NCBI GenBank assembly: GCA_030692355.1
Contig: JAUYCF010000085.1
Location: 21,880-85,879 of the forward strand
Origin: Thiobacillus sp.
GTDB lineage: Bacteria > Pseudomonadota > Gammaproteobacteria > Burkholderiales > Thiobacillaceae
Reading direction: 5' to 3'
Length of the DNA: 64,000 nucleotides
The notes under the pieces were generated by a model. The model made no database searches, had not been told where the DNA came from, and saw only the letters and a program-made list of their open reading frames with translations. Shown in pieces: positions 17,954 to 27,303 of this stretch (its first letter is position 1; each line of letters opens with the position of its first letter). Both the position numbers and the translations under genes were made by a program.

Positions 17954-18847
17954 TCAAAGCGGCGTGATCGCGCCGACCAGCGCGCCCGCGGCGTCGGCGG
18001 TGGCGTGCCCGCGATCCCGTCGCGGGTTGTACTCGACGATTTCCATCGCCGCGAAGGCCGGGTCGCCGCGCAGGCGCGACAGGGCCGCGACGAGTTCGGC
18101 ACGGCGCAGGCCTCCGGGCACAGGCGTGCTCACGCCCGGTTCCTCCTCGGGATCGAGCGCATCGAGGTCGATGCTCACGCCGAAGCCGGCGGTGCCGTGC
18201 CGCACGATGGACAGCGCATCGTCGAATACTTCCGGCAACCCGCGCCGGCGGATTTCATCCATGTCGAACACGCGCACGCCCCGCCGGTGCAGCAGTGCGG
18301 CTTCGCCCGCCTCGAAACTGCGCACGCCGATCAGGCATACATGCTCGGGAAGCAGCTTGGCTTCCGGGCCGTCGATCGCGGTCAGCGCCGTCTTGCCGTG
18401 GCCGAGCAGCGCGGCCAGCGGCATGCCGTGGATCTGCCTGCTCGGCGTGGTGGCGAAAGTGTGGCTGTCCATGTGGGCGTCGATCCAGATCAGGCCGAGC
18501 GGGCCGCGGTCGGCCAGCGCGTGATGCACACCGCTCCAGGTGCCGATGGCGCAGGAATGGTCGCCGCCCACCACCAGTGGAAAATTTCCCGCGTTCAGCA
18601 CGGCCTCCACTTCAGCGGCCAGCCGGGTGCCGAGCGCCGCCACCGCGTGCAGCGGCGTGTCCTCTGCCTCGCGCGGCACGCGCAATATCGCGCCCCATTG
18701 CACATGCTGCAACGGCGTGTCGTGGAACACCCGGTAACGGCGCAGCGCATCCGGCCCCTCGGCGGTGGCCGGGTCGGGTGCGCCGGCGCCGCTGGCGACG
18801 CCGATGATCATGATGTTGCGCGGGGGGGAAACAGGGGCCGGCTTCAT
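17954..18847 (-). CDS. rocF: Arginase
   Basis: GGDHSCAIG, WIDAHMDSHT, HGMPLAALLG, SIDLDALDP, EIVEYNP. Confidence 0.88.
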   Translation of the reverse strand: MKPAPVSPPRNIMIIGVASGAGAPDPATAEGPDALRRYRVFHDTPLQHVQWGAILRVPREAEDTPLHAVAALGTRLAAEVEAVLNAGNFPLVVGGDHSCAIGTWSGVHHALADRGPLGLIWIDAHMDSHTFATTPSRQIHGMPLAALLGHGKTALTAIDGPEAKLLPEHVCLIGVRSFEAGEAALLHRRGVRVFDMDEIRRRGLPEVFDDALSIVRHGTAGFGVSIDLDALDPEEEPGVSTPVPGGLRRAELVAALSRLRGDPAFAAMEIVEYNPRRDRGHATADAAGALVGAITPL

Positions 18848-18967
18848 GCGTTTGGCCGGGCTGTGGCTTATCCCGGCCCCGACTGCTCGACGCCGCCGAA
18901 CGCCGCCTCGGCGGTGGAGATGTGGCGTCGGGGCGTTTCATGGTGAGTGCATTCTGTCACAGCGCAT

Positions 18968-19231
18968 TCACTCGTAGTGCGTCCACATGCGTAGCACACG
19001 CACTGTGCGGGCTTCGATGAAGACTTCATACACCAGCCGGTGCTGGATATTGATGCGGCGGGAATATGTTCCCGCGAGATCCCCGACCAGCTTTTCATAA
19101 GGCGGGGGATTTTGAAAAGGGTCGCGTTCGAGAATCGCCAGCAGTACGAGTGCTTTGGGTTTGAGGCCGCTTGCTGCCAGCTTCTTGGCATCCTTGAGCG
19201 CGTGCTTGGCAAAAACAACCTGCCAGTTCAC
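18968..19231 (-). CDS. yoeB: Txe/YoeB family toxin
   Basis: DPFQNPPPYEKLVGDLAGTYSRRINIQHRLVY...LRMWTHYE; GTG start overlaps the antitoxin stop. Confidence 0.9.
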   Translation of the reverse strand: MNWQVVFAKHALKDAKKLAASGLKPKALVLLAILERDPFQNPPPYEKLVGDLAGTYSRRINIQHRLVYEVFIEARTVRVLRMWTHYE

Positions 19232-19470
19232 CAGTCCAGTTTTCTGGCACTGGTTTCGAGCGGCTCGGCCATGCCTTCCTTGATGAATTCGCGCATTCCG
19301 GGAACGGAAAGCAGATGGAGTGTTTCCTGGATCGCCCTCCAATCTTCTTCGGACACCAGCACTGCGCTGGAGCGTTTGCCCGAGATCAGGATGGCTTCAT
19401 GCGACTCGGCCGCCTGATCGATCAGGCGGTAGAGATTCGCGCGTGCTTCGCTAGCGGTGAGAGTGGACAT
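19228..19470 (-). CDS. yefM: Phd/YefM family antitoxin
   Basis: TASEARANLYRLIDQA...AVLVSEEDWRAIQETLHLLSVPGM. Confidence 0.9.
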   Translation of the reverse strand: MSTLTASEARANLYRLIDQAAESHEAILISGKRSSAVLVSEEDWRAIQETLHLLSVPGMREFIKEGMAEPLETSARKLDW

Positions 19471-19488
19471 GATGGGCTTCCGGTGCAG

Positions 19489-19512
19489 TGTCGTACGTCA
19501 AAGAGTACGACA
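19489..19512. promoter_or_regulatory. GTAC-core inverted repeat, probable YefM operator
   Basis: TGTCGTAC-N8-GTACGACA about 20 nt upstream of the yefM ATG. Confidence 0.65.
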
Positions 19513-19546
19513 TGTTGGCTTGGAAAGGAAGTACGGATTCTAGGGG

Positions 19547-19675
19547 CTATGCGAGGCGCAAAACGGCAGACTGCCTGAACATGTGCTGAGTCATGCAGGG
19601 GATGTGCGGGATCGGCAGTTCGTCCGCGGTGAAGGCGGCGCGGTCGAGGAAGACGACGCGCTCCTTGTCACTCAC
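19547..19675 (-). pseudogene. Possible 5' remnant of a D-2-hydroxyacid (glycerate/hydroxypyruvate) dehydrogenase
   Basis: GTG-started 42-aa ORF MSDKERVVFLDRAAFTAD... just downstream of the reductase. RVVFLDR resembles HprA-type N-termini; the remainder is unrelated. Confidence 0.4.
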
Positions 19676-19688
19676 GAAGCGCGGCGGC

Positions 19689-20579
19689 TCACTTGCCGTT
19701 GCCGAGGTTCTCGCCGGTCAGCCGCTCGAGCGCGCGCATGATGGCCGACGAGTCGAGTTCGCTGTCGCCGGCGCCCATCAGCGCGTTCATCTGCTGCGCA
19801 ATCAGCGCGGCGCCGGGCAGCGGGGTGGCGGTTTCCTGCGCGTTGTCCATGACGATGGCCATGTCCTTGTGGTGCAATTTCACCTTGAAGCCGGGCTTGT
19901 AGTTGGAGTCGAGCATGCGCTGGCCGTGGACGTCGAGGATGCGGCTGCCGGCGAAACCGCCCAGCAGCGCCTCGCGCATTTTGACCGGGTCGACGCCGTT
20001 GCGGCGCGCCAGCAGGATGGCTTCGGCAACGCCTTCGAAGGTGAGGCCGACGACGATCTGGTTGCAGCATTTGACCACCTGGCCGGCGCCGTGGCCGCCG
20101 ACGTGGACGATGTTCTTGCCGAGGATTTCGAACAGCGGGCGGATCTTTTCGAAGATCGGCGCTTCGCCGCCGACCATGATCGACAGTGCGCCCTCGCGCG
20201 CGGCGACTTCGCCGCCCGACACCGGGGCGTCGAGCATGTGGACGCCGCGTTCGGCCAGCGCCGCGGCGACGCGGCGGGTGGCGGAGGGCGAGACGGTGCT
20301 CATGTCGACGATGGTGTGGCCGGGGTTGGCACCGTGCACCAGACCGCGGTCGCCGAAAATAATTTGTTCAACGTCGGTGGTGTCGGAAACGACAGTGAAG
20401 GTGATGTCGGACTCCGCCGCGACTTCGGCTGGCGTGCCCTTGCCGAGCGCACCGGCAACCAGCATCGGTTCGAGGCGGTCGAAACGGCGTCCGTAGACGA
20501 ACAGTTGATGGCCGGCGCGCAGCAGGTTTTCCGCCATGGGGCGGCCCATGATGCCGCTGCCGATGAATCCGATTTTCAT
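19689..20579 (-). CDS. 2-hydroxy-3-oxopropionate (tartronate semialdehyde) reductase, beta-hydroxyacid dehydrogenase family
   Basis: KIGFIGSGIMGRPMA, DAPVSGGE, GAGQVVKCCNQ, GFKVKLHHKDM. Confidence 0.85.
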   Translation of the reverse strand: MKIGFIGSGIMGRPMAENLLRAGHQLFVYGRRFDRLEPMLVAGALGKGTPAEVAAESDITFTVVSDTTDVEQIIFGDRGLVHGANPGHTIVDMSTVSPSATRRVAAALAERGVHMLDAPVSGGEVAAREGALSIMVGGEAPIFEKIRPLFEILGKNIVHVGGHGAGQVVKCCNQIVVGLTFEGVAEAILLARRNGVDPVKMREALLGGFAGSRILDVHGQRMLDSNYKPGFKVKLHHKDMAIVMDNAQETATPLPGAALIAQQMNALMGAGDSELDSSAIMRALERLTGENLGNGK

Positions 20580-21532
20580 GATGCAATTCCTTTTACGACG
20601 ACAAGCCAGAATGGCAGCGTAACCAATCCCACCAGCGTTGACCAGCCCATGATGAGGCCCGCCAGGCGGGTGTCCAATCCGAAGCGGTCAGCCAGCGCGA
20701 TGACCATCACCATGGTCGGCATCGCGGCTTCCAGGATGGCCGCTTCGCCGGGCTCGGTGAGTTTGCCCGGCCACGCCAGCGCGATCCCCAGCGCCAGCAG
20801 TGGCATCAGTGCCAGTTTGATGCCGAGTGCGACAAAGACGGCCTTGTGCGGGCGCAGGTCGTGCCAGGGAATGGTCAGGCCCAGCACGAACAGCATCAGC
20901 GGAATGGTCGGGCTGCCGGCCCAGTGCGCGGCTTCCACCAGCGGGTCGAGCGACGCCCCCGAGAGATTGACCGCGATGCCGGCGGCGAAGCCCCACACCG
21001 GCGGCAGCTTCAGCCACATCGACAGAAACGAGGCGCGTTCGGCGTGCTTGCCGCAGCGGAAGGCGATCCACACGCCAAGCGACCACACCAGCGGCGTGGT
21101 GGCGAGCATGTCGGCGAAGAAGGGATAGCGCGCGCCCGATTCGCCGTACACCGTGGTGAGGAAGGGATAGCCGAAGAACAGCACGTTGCCGAAGCCGGAC
21201 GCCAGCATGATGGCGCCGCGCTGGGGGTTCGATAAGCCGCGTCCGAGCGGGGTGGCGTATAGCGCCAGTGCGGCGAGGCCGAGGCCGAACAGGGTGGCGG
21301 CGCCGAGAATCAGCGGCACCTGCAGGATGGCGAGATCGACCGTGGCGGCGGCGCCGGCCGCGAAGAACAGCATCGGTGCAAAGAAGTTCAGCACCAGCCG
21401 GTTGATTTCGCCGCGCAGGCCGACGATGGAAATGCCGCTTTGCCAGCGCGGCCAGATGGCGCCGGCGGCGATCAGCAGAGACAGGGGCAGCAGTGTTTTA
21501 AGCAGCAGTTGCTGGGCGAGCTCGGCGGACAT
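20576..21532 (-). CDS. AEC (auxin efflux carrier) family transporter
   Basis: About ten TMs; FGNVLFFGYP, LMLFVLG, KLALMP, EAAMPT. Confidence 0.82.
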   Translation of the reverse strand: MSAELAQQLLLKTLLPLSLLIAAGAIWPRWQSGISIVGLRGEINRLVLNFFAPMLFFAAGAAATVDLAILQVPLILGAATLFGLGLAALALYATPLGRGLSNPQRGAIMLASGFGNVLFFGYPFLTTVYGESGARYPFFADMLATTPLVWSLGVWIAFRCGKHAERASFLSMWLKLPPVWGFAAGIAVNLSGASLDPLVEAAHWAGSPTIPLMLFVLGLTIPWHDLRPHKAVFVALGIKLALMPLLALGIALAWPGKLTEPGEAAILEAAMPTMVMVIALADRFGLDTRLAGLIMGWSTLVGLVTLPFWLVVVKGIAS

Positions 21533-21617
21533 GAGACGGGATGCGGGCGGACGGGGCGCTCATCATAACGCCGCCGCGAGGCCGCTGGCGCGGGAAGCGC
21601 GCCAGCGCGGGAGGCGG

Positions 21618-22580
21618 TCAGGTGCGCGAGGCGGGGGTGTGGCGATCGGTGCGAAGCGGCGGGCTGGATTCCAGCCAGGCCTTGATGCGGGTGGCATCAC
21701 TGGCCCGATTGTTGGTGCCCTGCGCATCGAGCAGCACGATGATGACATCGCGGTCGGCGACCTGCGCCTGCATGATGAGGCAATGGCCGGCCTCGTTGAT
21801 GAAGCCGGTCTTGGACAGGCCGATCTGCCAGTCTTCCGCGCGGGTGAAACGATTGGTGTTGTTGAATGCCACGGTGCGGTAGTGCACCTGGGGTTTTTGC
21901 TGCTTTTTCCGGGTCACCACGCGCTGGGTGCCCAGGGTGTAATTGCCGACGGTGCTGATGTCGCGGATTTCGGGGTAGTTCTGATAGGCGTGATCGACGA
22001 GTTTGGCGAGATCGAGCGCGGTCGAACGGTTGCCGCTCGACAGCCCGGTCGGCTCGACGTACACCGTGTCGTGCATGCCCAGTGCGCGCGCCATGCGGTT
22101 CATGGTGGCGACGAAGCGCTGCAGCCCGCCCGGGTAGCTGCGCCCGAGCGCATGCGCTGCGCGGTTGTCGGACGCAATCAGCGCCAGATGCAGCAACTGG
22201 CCGCGCGTGTAATGGCTGCCGATGGCCAGGCGCGAGCCGGTTCCCTTGAGGGTGTCGCGGTCTTCGTCGGTGATGGCGATGCGCTCATCCAGCGGCTGTG
22301 CGGCGTCGATCACCAGCATTGCCGTCATCAGCTTGGTGATCGAGGCGATCGGCGTCTGCAGGCCGGCATTCTTCGACAGCAGCGCTTGCCCGCTCGCCTG
22401 GTCGAGCACCAGCACCGAATGCGCGCTCAATTCCGGCATCGACGCAAAGTCGGGCGCCGGCTGCGGGGCGGACAGCGTCGTGTCGAACGGGTCGCTCCAT
22501 TGCAGGGAGGTGCGGCCATCGAGCGCGGCGGCGCCGGTGTGAACGCACAACAAGATCAATCCGGTCAGTACAGCTTTCAT
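21618..22580 (-). CDS. pbpG: D-alanyl-D-alanine endopeptidase (PBP7, peptidase S11)
   Basis: PIASITKLMTA (SxxK), SDNRAA (SxN), SKTGFINEAGHCL (KTG). Confidence 0.85.
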   Translation of the reverse strand: MKAVLTGLILLCVHTGAAALDGRTSLQWSDPFDTTLSAPQPAPDFASMPELSAHSVLVLDQASGQALLSKNAGLQTPIASITKLMTAMLVIDAAQPLDERIAITDEDRDTLKGTGSRLAIGSHYTRGQLLHLALIASDNRAAHALGRSYPGGLQRFVATMNRMARALGMHDTVYVEPTGLSSGNRSTALDLAKLVDHAYQNYPEIRDISTVGNYTLGTQRVVTRKKQQKPQVHYRTVAFNNTNRFTRAEDWQIGLSKTGFINEAGHCLIMQAQVADRDVIIVLLDAQGTNNRASDATRIKAWLESSPPLRTDRHTPASRT

Positions 22581-22740
22581 ATGTGTTTGCTTCAATGAAG
22601 GGCGGCAGGATTACAACACCATAGACAACAATATACGGACATGCCGACTAAAACTTGAAAACAACAGTTCATGGCAATGGCCGAAATTTTTTCAAGCCTT
22701 GATTGACGGTGTAGCAAATTTAGTTATATATGGCAATGGG

Positions 22741-24705
22741 ATGCGAGAACTTTCGAATAATTTACTGAAGGAGTCGGCGCTAACGGCCTGCCTGTGTGCC
22801 CCGGGTGTGGTGGCCGAGTCGCTCGAACTTCTGATGCAAGGCGCCGCCGCGCAGGCGGAGCTTGCCGCCTGCGTGCGCTGCGACCCCGTTCTGGCGCTGC
22901 GTCTGCGGCTGCAGCCCGTTGATTTCGGCGCGCAGCAGGATCTGCTGCGCGCGCTGCTGCTGGCCGCGCCGGTCGCGTCCGGTGCGGCGCAGGTGACCCA
23001 TGCGGCGCGCTGGCGCCAGTCGGTCGGCGTCGCGCATCTGGCGCGGACGCTGGCGGTGCGCGCCGGCGTGGCCGATGCCGAGGCGGCCTGGACCGCGGGC
23101 CTTTCCCACAATCTGGCGGACTATCTCGACACCGGCCCCACGCCGCCGGCGCATGCCGCCGACTGGCTGGCCGAACTCGACCCCGATGGCTGGCTGGCCG
23201 ACGCCGTGCGCTGCCATGCCGAGCCGCTGGTGCGCGGGCGCGCAGCCCATCCGCTGGTGCGCATCGTCCAGCTTGCCTATCAACTTGTGACCCGTGCCGG
23301 CGCGGTGGACAGCGTGGACGTGCGTGCCGCGCTTGCCGCCCTGCAGCTGGGTGCGGGCGAAGCCGCCCAGTTGCTGGGCGACTCCCAGGTGCAGGCGCGC
23401 CAGCTGGCGCAGCGCTTCGGGCTGATCGATGCGGCGCCGACGCAGGGCGGCGGGTTCGAGCGTCTCGCTCGTCTGTATGCGGTGCAGGCGGCGCAATCGG
23501 CGCTGCACAGTCATTTCCGTCAGGCTCGCGGTGCCGGCCAGGGGTTTGTGCTGCTTCGGGACGCGATGCGTGCGCTGTTCGGCATCGAACGCGCCTGCCT
23601 GTTCGCCCCTGCCGGCGACGGCACCCTGCAGGTGACGCAGCTGATTCCCGCGGCCTCCGGCCTCTCCGCGCTGGCGATTCCGCCCGACGACGCCCATTCG
23701 GCGCTGCCGCGCGCGCTGGCGCGCAACGCCCCCCAGCAGTTCGAGTGCGGCGAAGCGGATGCGGCGCTGGTCGACGAGCAGGTCGCCCGCCTGCTTGGCG
23801 TGTCGCGCTTTATCTGCCAGCCGCTGGTATTGAGCGATGGCCGGACAGGCGTGCTGGTGGCGGGCGATGCCGTGCCCGGCCTCGGCACGTTGCCGCTGTG
23901 GCGGTTCGTTCTGGCCGAATGTGCCGAGATCCTGGTGTCCCCGCCTTCGGCCGTGCCATCGCCCGCACACGCGGCGGCGGCGCCTGGCGACGACATTCCG
24001 CGCGATCGGGCGCGGCGCGCCATTCACGAAGTGGCCAACCCGCTCACCATCATGCGTAATTACGTCAAGTTGCTGTCCGACAAGCTGGGCGCGGATTCGG
24101 CGGTGCAGCGCGACCTCGGCATCATCGGCGACGAAATCGAGCGGGTGGCGCGCATCGTGCGCGGCATCACCGCGGTCGAGGAAAACGCTCCACCCGCCGA
24201 GGCGCTCGAACTGGTGTCGGTCAACAGCGTGGTCTCCGAACTGGTCAGGATGGCGCTCGGCACCCTGCTCATGCCGAACAAGGTCAACGTGCAGATCGAC
24301 CTCAATCCGGACGTGCCGCCGCTGCCGCTGCAGAAAGACCTGCTGAAGCAGGTGCTGTTCAACCTGGCCAAGAACGCGGTCGAAGCCATGCACGCCGGCG
24401 GCCATCTCAAGTTCACCACGCGGCTGGTCGATGCGGAGGGCCAGCGCCAGGTCGAAATCGAAGTGGCCGACACCGGCCCCGGCCTGCCGGCAACAGTTGC
24501 GGCGCACCTGTTCGAACCGGTGGTCAGCGGGAAGGGCGGCGATCACGCCGGACTCGGGCTGGCCATCAGCCGCAGCCTGGTCGAGCGCATGCGCGGCCAT
24601 CTCAGCTGCGCCAGCACGCCGCAAGGCACCCATTTTCTGATCCGCCTGCCGACCATGCAAAATCGCCAGGCTTCACTCACGACAACACGCTACGGGTCGA
24701 TGTAA
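22741..24705 (+). CDS. Cytoplasmic histidine kinase with degenerate HDOD and GAF-like domains
   Basis: CDPVLALRL, TAGLSHNL (HDOD-like); AIHEVANPL H-box, QVLFNLAKNAVEAM, DTGPG, GLGLAIS. Confidence 0.82.
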   Translation: MRELSNNLLKESALTACLCAPGVVAESLELLMQGAAAQAELAACVRCDPVLALRLRLQPVDFGAQQDLLRALLLAAPVASGAAQVTHAARWRQSVGVAHLARTLAVRAGVADAEAAWTAGLSHNLADYLDTGPTPPAHAADWLAELDPDGWLADAVRCHAEPLVRGRAAHPLVRIVQLAYQLVTRAGAVDSVDVRAALAALQLGAGEAAQLLGDSQVQARQLAQRFGLIDAAPTQGGGFERLARLYAVQAAQSALHSHFRQARGAGQGFVLLRDAMRALFGIERACLFAPAGDGTLQVTQLIPAASGLSALAIPPDDAHSALPRALARNAPQQFECGEADAALVDEQVARLLGVSRFICQPLVLSDGRTGVLVAGDAVPGLGTLPLWRFVLAECAEILVSPPSAVPSPAHAAAAPGDDIPRDRARRAIHEVANPLTIMRNYVKLLSDKLGADSAVQRDLGIIGDEIERVARIVRGITAVEENAPPAEALELVSVNSVVSELVRMALGTLLMPNKVNVQIDLNPDVPPLPLQKDLLKQVLFNLAKNAVEAMHAGGHLKFTTRLVDAEGQRQVEIEVADTGPGLPATVAAHLFEPVVSGKGGDHAGLGLAISRSLVERMRGHLSCASTPQGTHFLIRLPTMQNRQASLTTTRYGSM

Positions 24706-24726
24706 CCCGCGCCCAGGAGAACTACA

Positions 24727-26940
24727 GTGTCAGATGCCCCCATTGCACTTTCGCCGCAGAACAGTACGGTCAGCAGCTTCCCGATGCGCCAGCGCCTTCT
24801 GGTGGTGGACGACGAACCGCTGATTCTGGAAGGCCTTGCACGCCTGCTCGCCGCCCGCGATTACGAGGTGGTGGCGGCCAACGGCGGCTGCGAGGCGCTG
24901 ATCGCCATCGGCAAGCAGCAGTTCGATGCGATCCTGCTTGACCTCGGGATGCCGGATCTGGACGGCAACGAGGTGCTGCGCTTCGTCGCCGATCGTGCCG
25001 TCGACACCCCGGTGATCGTGGTGTCCGGCGACAGCACCATCGATGCGGCGATCCGAGCACTGCGCGGCGGCGCCGCCGACTTCGTGCGCAAGCCGTACGA
25101 ACCCGAAGAACTGCTGCGCCGCATCGAGAACACGCTGACGCGACGGCGGCTTGAAAAGGAAAACAACCGCATCCTGTTGCGTTTGCAGCAGTCGGAAAAG
25201 TGGCATCGTTTTCTGGTCAACAGCTCGCCCGATTTCATCTACACCCTGGACTGCGACGGCCGCTTCACCTTCGTCAACGACCGCGTCGAAAGCCTGCTCG
25301 GCTATCGAAACGAAGACCTGCTGGGCCAGCATTACAGCCTGGTGGTCCACGAAGACGACATCGCCCGCGCCGAACACGTGTTCAACGAGCGCCGCGCCGG
25401 CGACCGCAGCGCGCGCAACACCGAAATCCGCCTCAAGTGCAATCCGGGAATGCGCCGTCCGCGCCTGATGAACGGCCGCTGCAAATCGGTCGAACTCACC
25501 GCAACCGGCATGTACGACGAGGAAGCCAGCCCGTTCGAGCAGCGCTTCATCGGCAGCTACGGCGTCGCCAAGGATGTCACCGAACGCAAGCAGGCCGAAG
25601 AAACCGTGCACTATCAGGCCTACCACGATCTGCTCACCGGGCTACCCAACCGCGCGCTGTTCCGCGACCATCTCGGCCTCATGCTGGCGCAGGCCAGGCG
25701 CACCCAGAAACCGCTGGCGGTGCTGAGCCTCGATCTCGACCATTTCAAGGTGATCAACGATTCGCTCGGCCACACCATCGGCGATGAAATGCTGCTCGCC
25801 GTCGGTGCGCGGCTGCGCCAGTGCCTGCGCGAAGGCGACACCCTGGCGCGCCTGGGCGGCGACGAATTCGCCGTGCTGCTGCCCACCCTGGTGTCGCGTA
25901 GCGACGTCGAGCACATCTGCCGCAAGATCATCCAGGTGTTGTCGAAGCCGGTGTACGTCAAGGGCCACGAAATTTATATCACGGCCAGCATCGGCGCATG
26001 TGTCGCGCCGGACGACGGCGAGCTGATCGACAGCCTCATCCGCCAGGCCGAAATCGCCATGTACCAGGCCAAGTCGCAGGGCCGTAGCCGCTTGCAGTTC
26101 TGGGAATCGGGCATGCAGGCGCCCTATTCCGAGCGCATGCAGGTCGAAGCCGACCTGCGCCGCGCGCTGGCGCGCAATGAGTTCGTGCTGTTTTATCAGC
26201 CGCAGGTCGACACCGTTACCGGCGAGGTGCGCGGGTTCGAAGCCCTGCTGCGCTGGTGGCATCCGCAGCGTGGCCTATTGACCCCCGCCGATTTCATCCC
26301 GGTGGCCGAGGAATCCGGCGTCATCGTTCCCATCGGCGACTGGGTACTGCGCCAGGCCTGTGCGCAAGTGGCCGAATGGCGCCATGCCGGGCTGCCGCCG
26401 GTGCGGCTGTCGGTCAACATTTCCGCCCGCCAGCTGGAAAGCGCCGACTTTGTCGACAGCGTCATGCGCGCGGTGCAGGTGCATTCGCTGGACGGCAATC
26501 TGCTGGAACTGGAAATCACCGAAACGCTCCTGATGCGGGACTTCGAAGCCAATGCGATCAAGCTCGGGCGCCTGTCCGCGGCCGGTATCCGGCTTGCCAT
26601 CGACGATTTCGGCACCGGCTACAGCTCGTTCAAGTACCTGTCGCGCTTCCCCATCCACACCCTCAAAATCGACCAGTCCTTCGTGCAGGAGCTCGACCGC
26701 GAAGAGAACATGTCCATCGTCAACGCCATGATCGCCATGGGGCGAGGCATGAACCTCAACGTCGTCGCGGAAGGCGTCGAAACCGAATCCCAGCGCGCGC
26801 GCCTGGAGCAGATGCAGTGCCATGAAGTGCAGGGCTATTACTACAGCCCCCCGCTTTCCTGCCAGGAAGCCACCGCCCTGCTGGGCCGGCATACGCGCGG
26901 CTTCGATCAGGGTGACCGCGACCAGCGGGTGGCAGGCTAG
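24727..26940 (+). CDS. REC-PAS-GGDEF-EAL c-di-GMP response regulator
   Basis: VVDDE...LLDLGMP...KP receiver, PAS, HDLLTGLPNR, ARLGGDEF, FEALLRW, IDDFGTGYSS, LKIDQSF, EGVET, QGYYY. Confidence 0.92.
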   Translation: MSDAPIALSPQNSTVSSFPMRQRLLVVDDEPLILEGLARLLAARDYEVVAANGGCEALIAIGKQQFDAILLDLGMPDLDGNEVLRFVADRAVDTPVIVVSGDSTIDAAIRALRGGAADFVRKPYEPEELLRRIENTLTRRRLEKENNRILLRLQQSEKWHRFLVNSSPDFIYTLDCDGRFTFVNDRVESLLGYRNEDLLGQHYSLVVHEDDIARAEHVFNERRAGDRSARNTEIRLKCNPGMRRPRLMNGRCKSVELTATGMYDEEASPFEQRFIGSYGVAKDVTERKQAEETVHYQAYHDLLTGLPNRALFRDHLGLMLAQARRTQKPLAVLSLDLDHFKVINDSLGHTIGDEMLLAVGARLRQCLREGDTLARLGGDEFAVLLPTLVSRSDVEHICRKIIQVLSKPVYVKGHEIYITASIGACVAPDDGELIDSLIRQAEIAMYQAKSQGRSRLQFWESGMQAPYSERMQVEADLRRALARNEFVLFYQPQVDTVTGEVRGFEALLRWWHPQRGLLTPADFIPVAEESGVIVPIGDWVLRQACAQVAEWRHAGLPPVRLSVNISARQLESADFVDSVMRAVQVHSLDGNLLELEITETLLMRDFEANAIKLGRLSAAGIRLAIDDFGTGYSSFKYLSRFPIHTLKIDQSFVQELDREENMSIVNAMIAMGRGMNLNVVAEGVETESQRARLEQMQCHEVQGYYYSPPLSCQEATALLGRHTRGFDQGDRDQRVAG

Positions 26941-26966
26941 GGAAGCACTGATTAATTCGATATGAA

Positions 26967-27054
26967 TGTCATTGTGAGCGCAGCGAAGCAATCCAGCGTA
27001 TCGATTAAGCGGGCATTTCTGGATTGCCGCGTCGCTGCGCTCCTCGCAATGACA
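26967..27054. repeat. Palindromic miniature element (GTCATTG...CAATGAC type)
   Basis: TGTCATTGTGAGCGCAGCGAAGCAATCCAG (26967-26996) and CTGGATTGCCGCGTCGCTGCGCTCCTCGCAATGACA (27019-27054) form an imperfect inverted pair between convergent genes. Confidence 0.8.
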
Positions 27055-27120
27055 AATTAATCAGTGGTTCCCTAGCTGAAATCCGCGCAGCGACATTCGC
27101 CCCGCGCCCGTTTGCCGCGC

Positions 27121-27303
27121 TCACCGCAGCACCACCCGCTCCACCACATAAACCAGCGCCACGACCAGGCCGACGACCAGCGCGAAGCGCAGCACGCGGC
27201 CGAGGGTGCGCAGGTATTTGCGGTTGCCGGTGAACAGCCACGCCAGCCCCAGCGCCACCACAGCGATCAGCAGGGCGACGATCAGCAGGCGGACGGCAAT
27301 CAT
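27121..27303 (-). CDS. Small two-TM membrane protein (60 aa)
   Basis: [12 protein letters not shown]...[11 protein letters not shown]...VERVVLR; ATG overlaps the lpxC stop (ATGA). Confidence 0.7.
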   Translation of the reverse strand: MIAVRLLIVALLIAVVALGLAWLFTGNRKYLRTLGRVLRFALVVGLVVALVYVVERVVLR

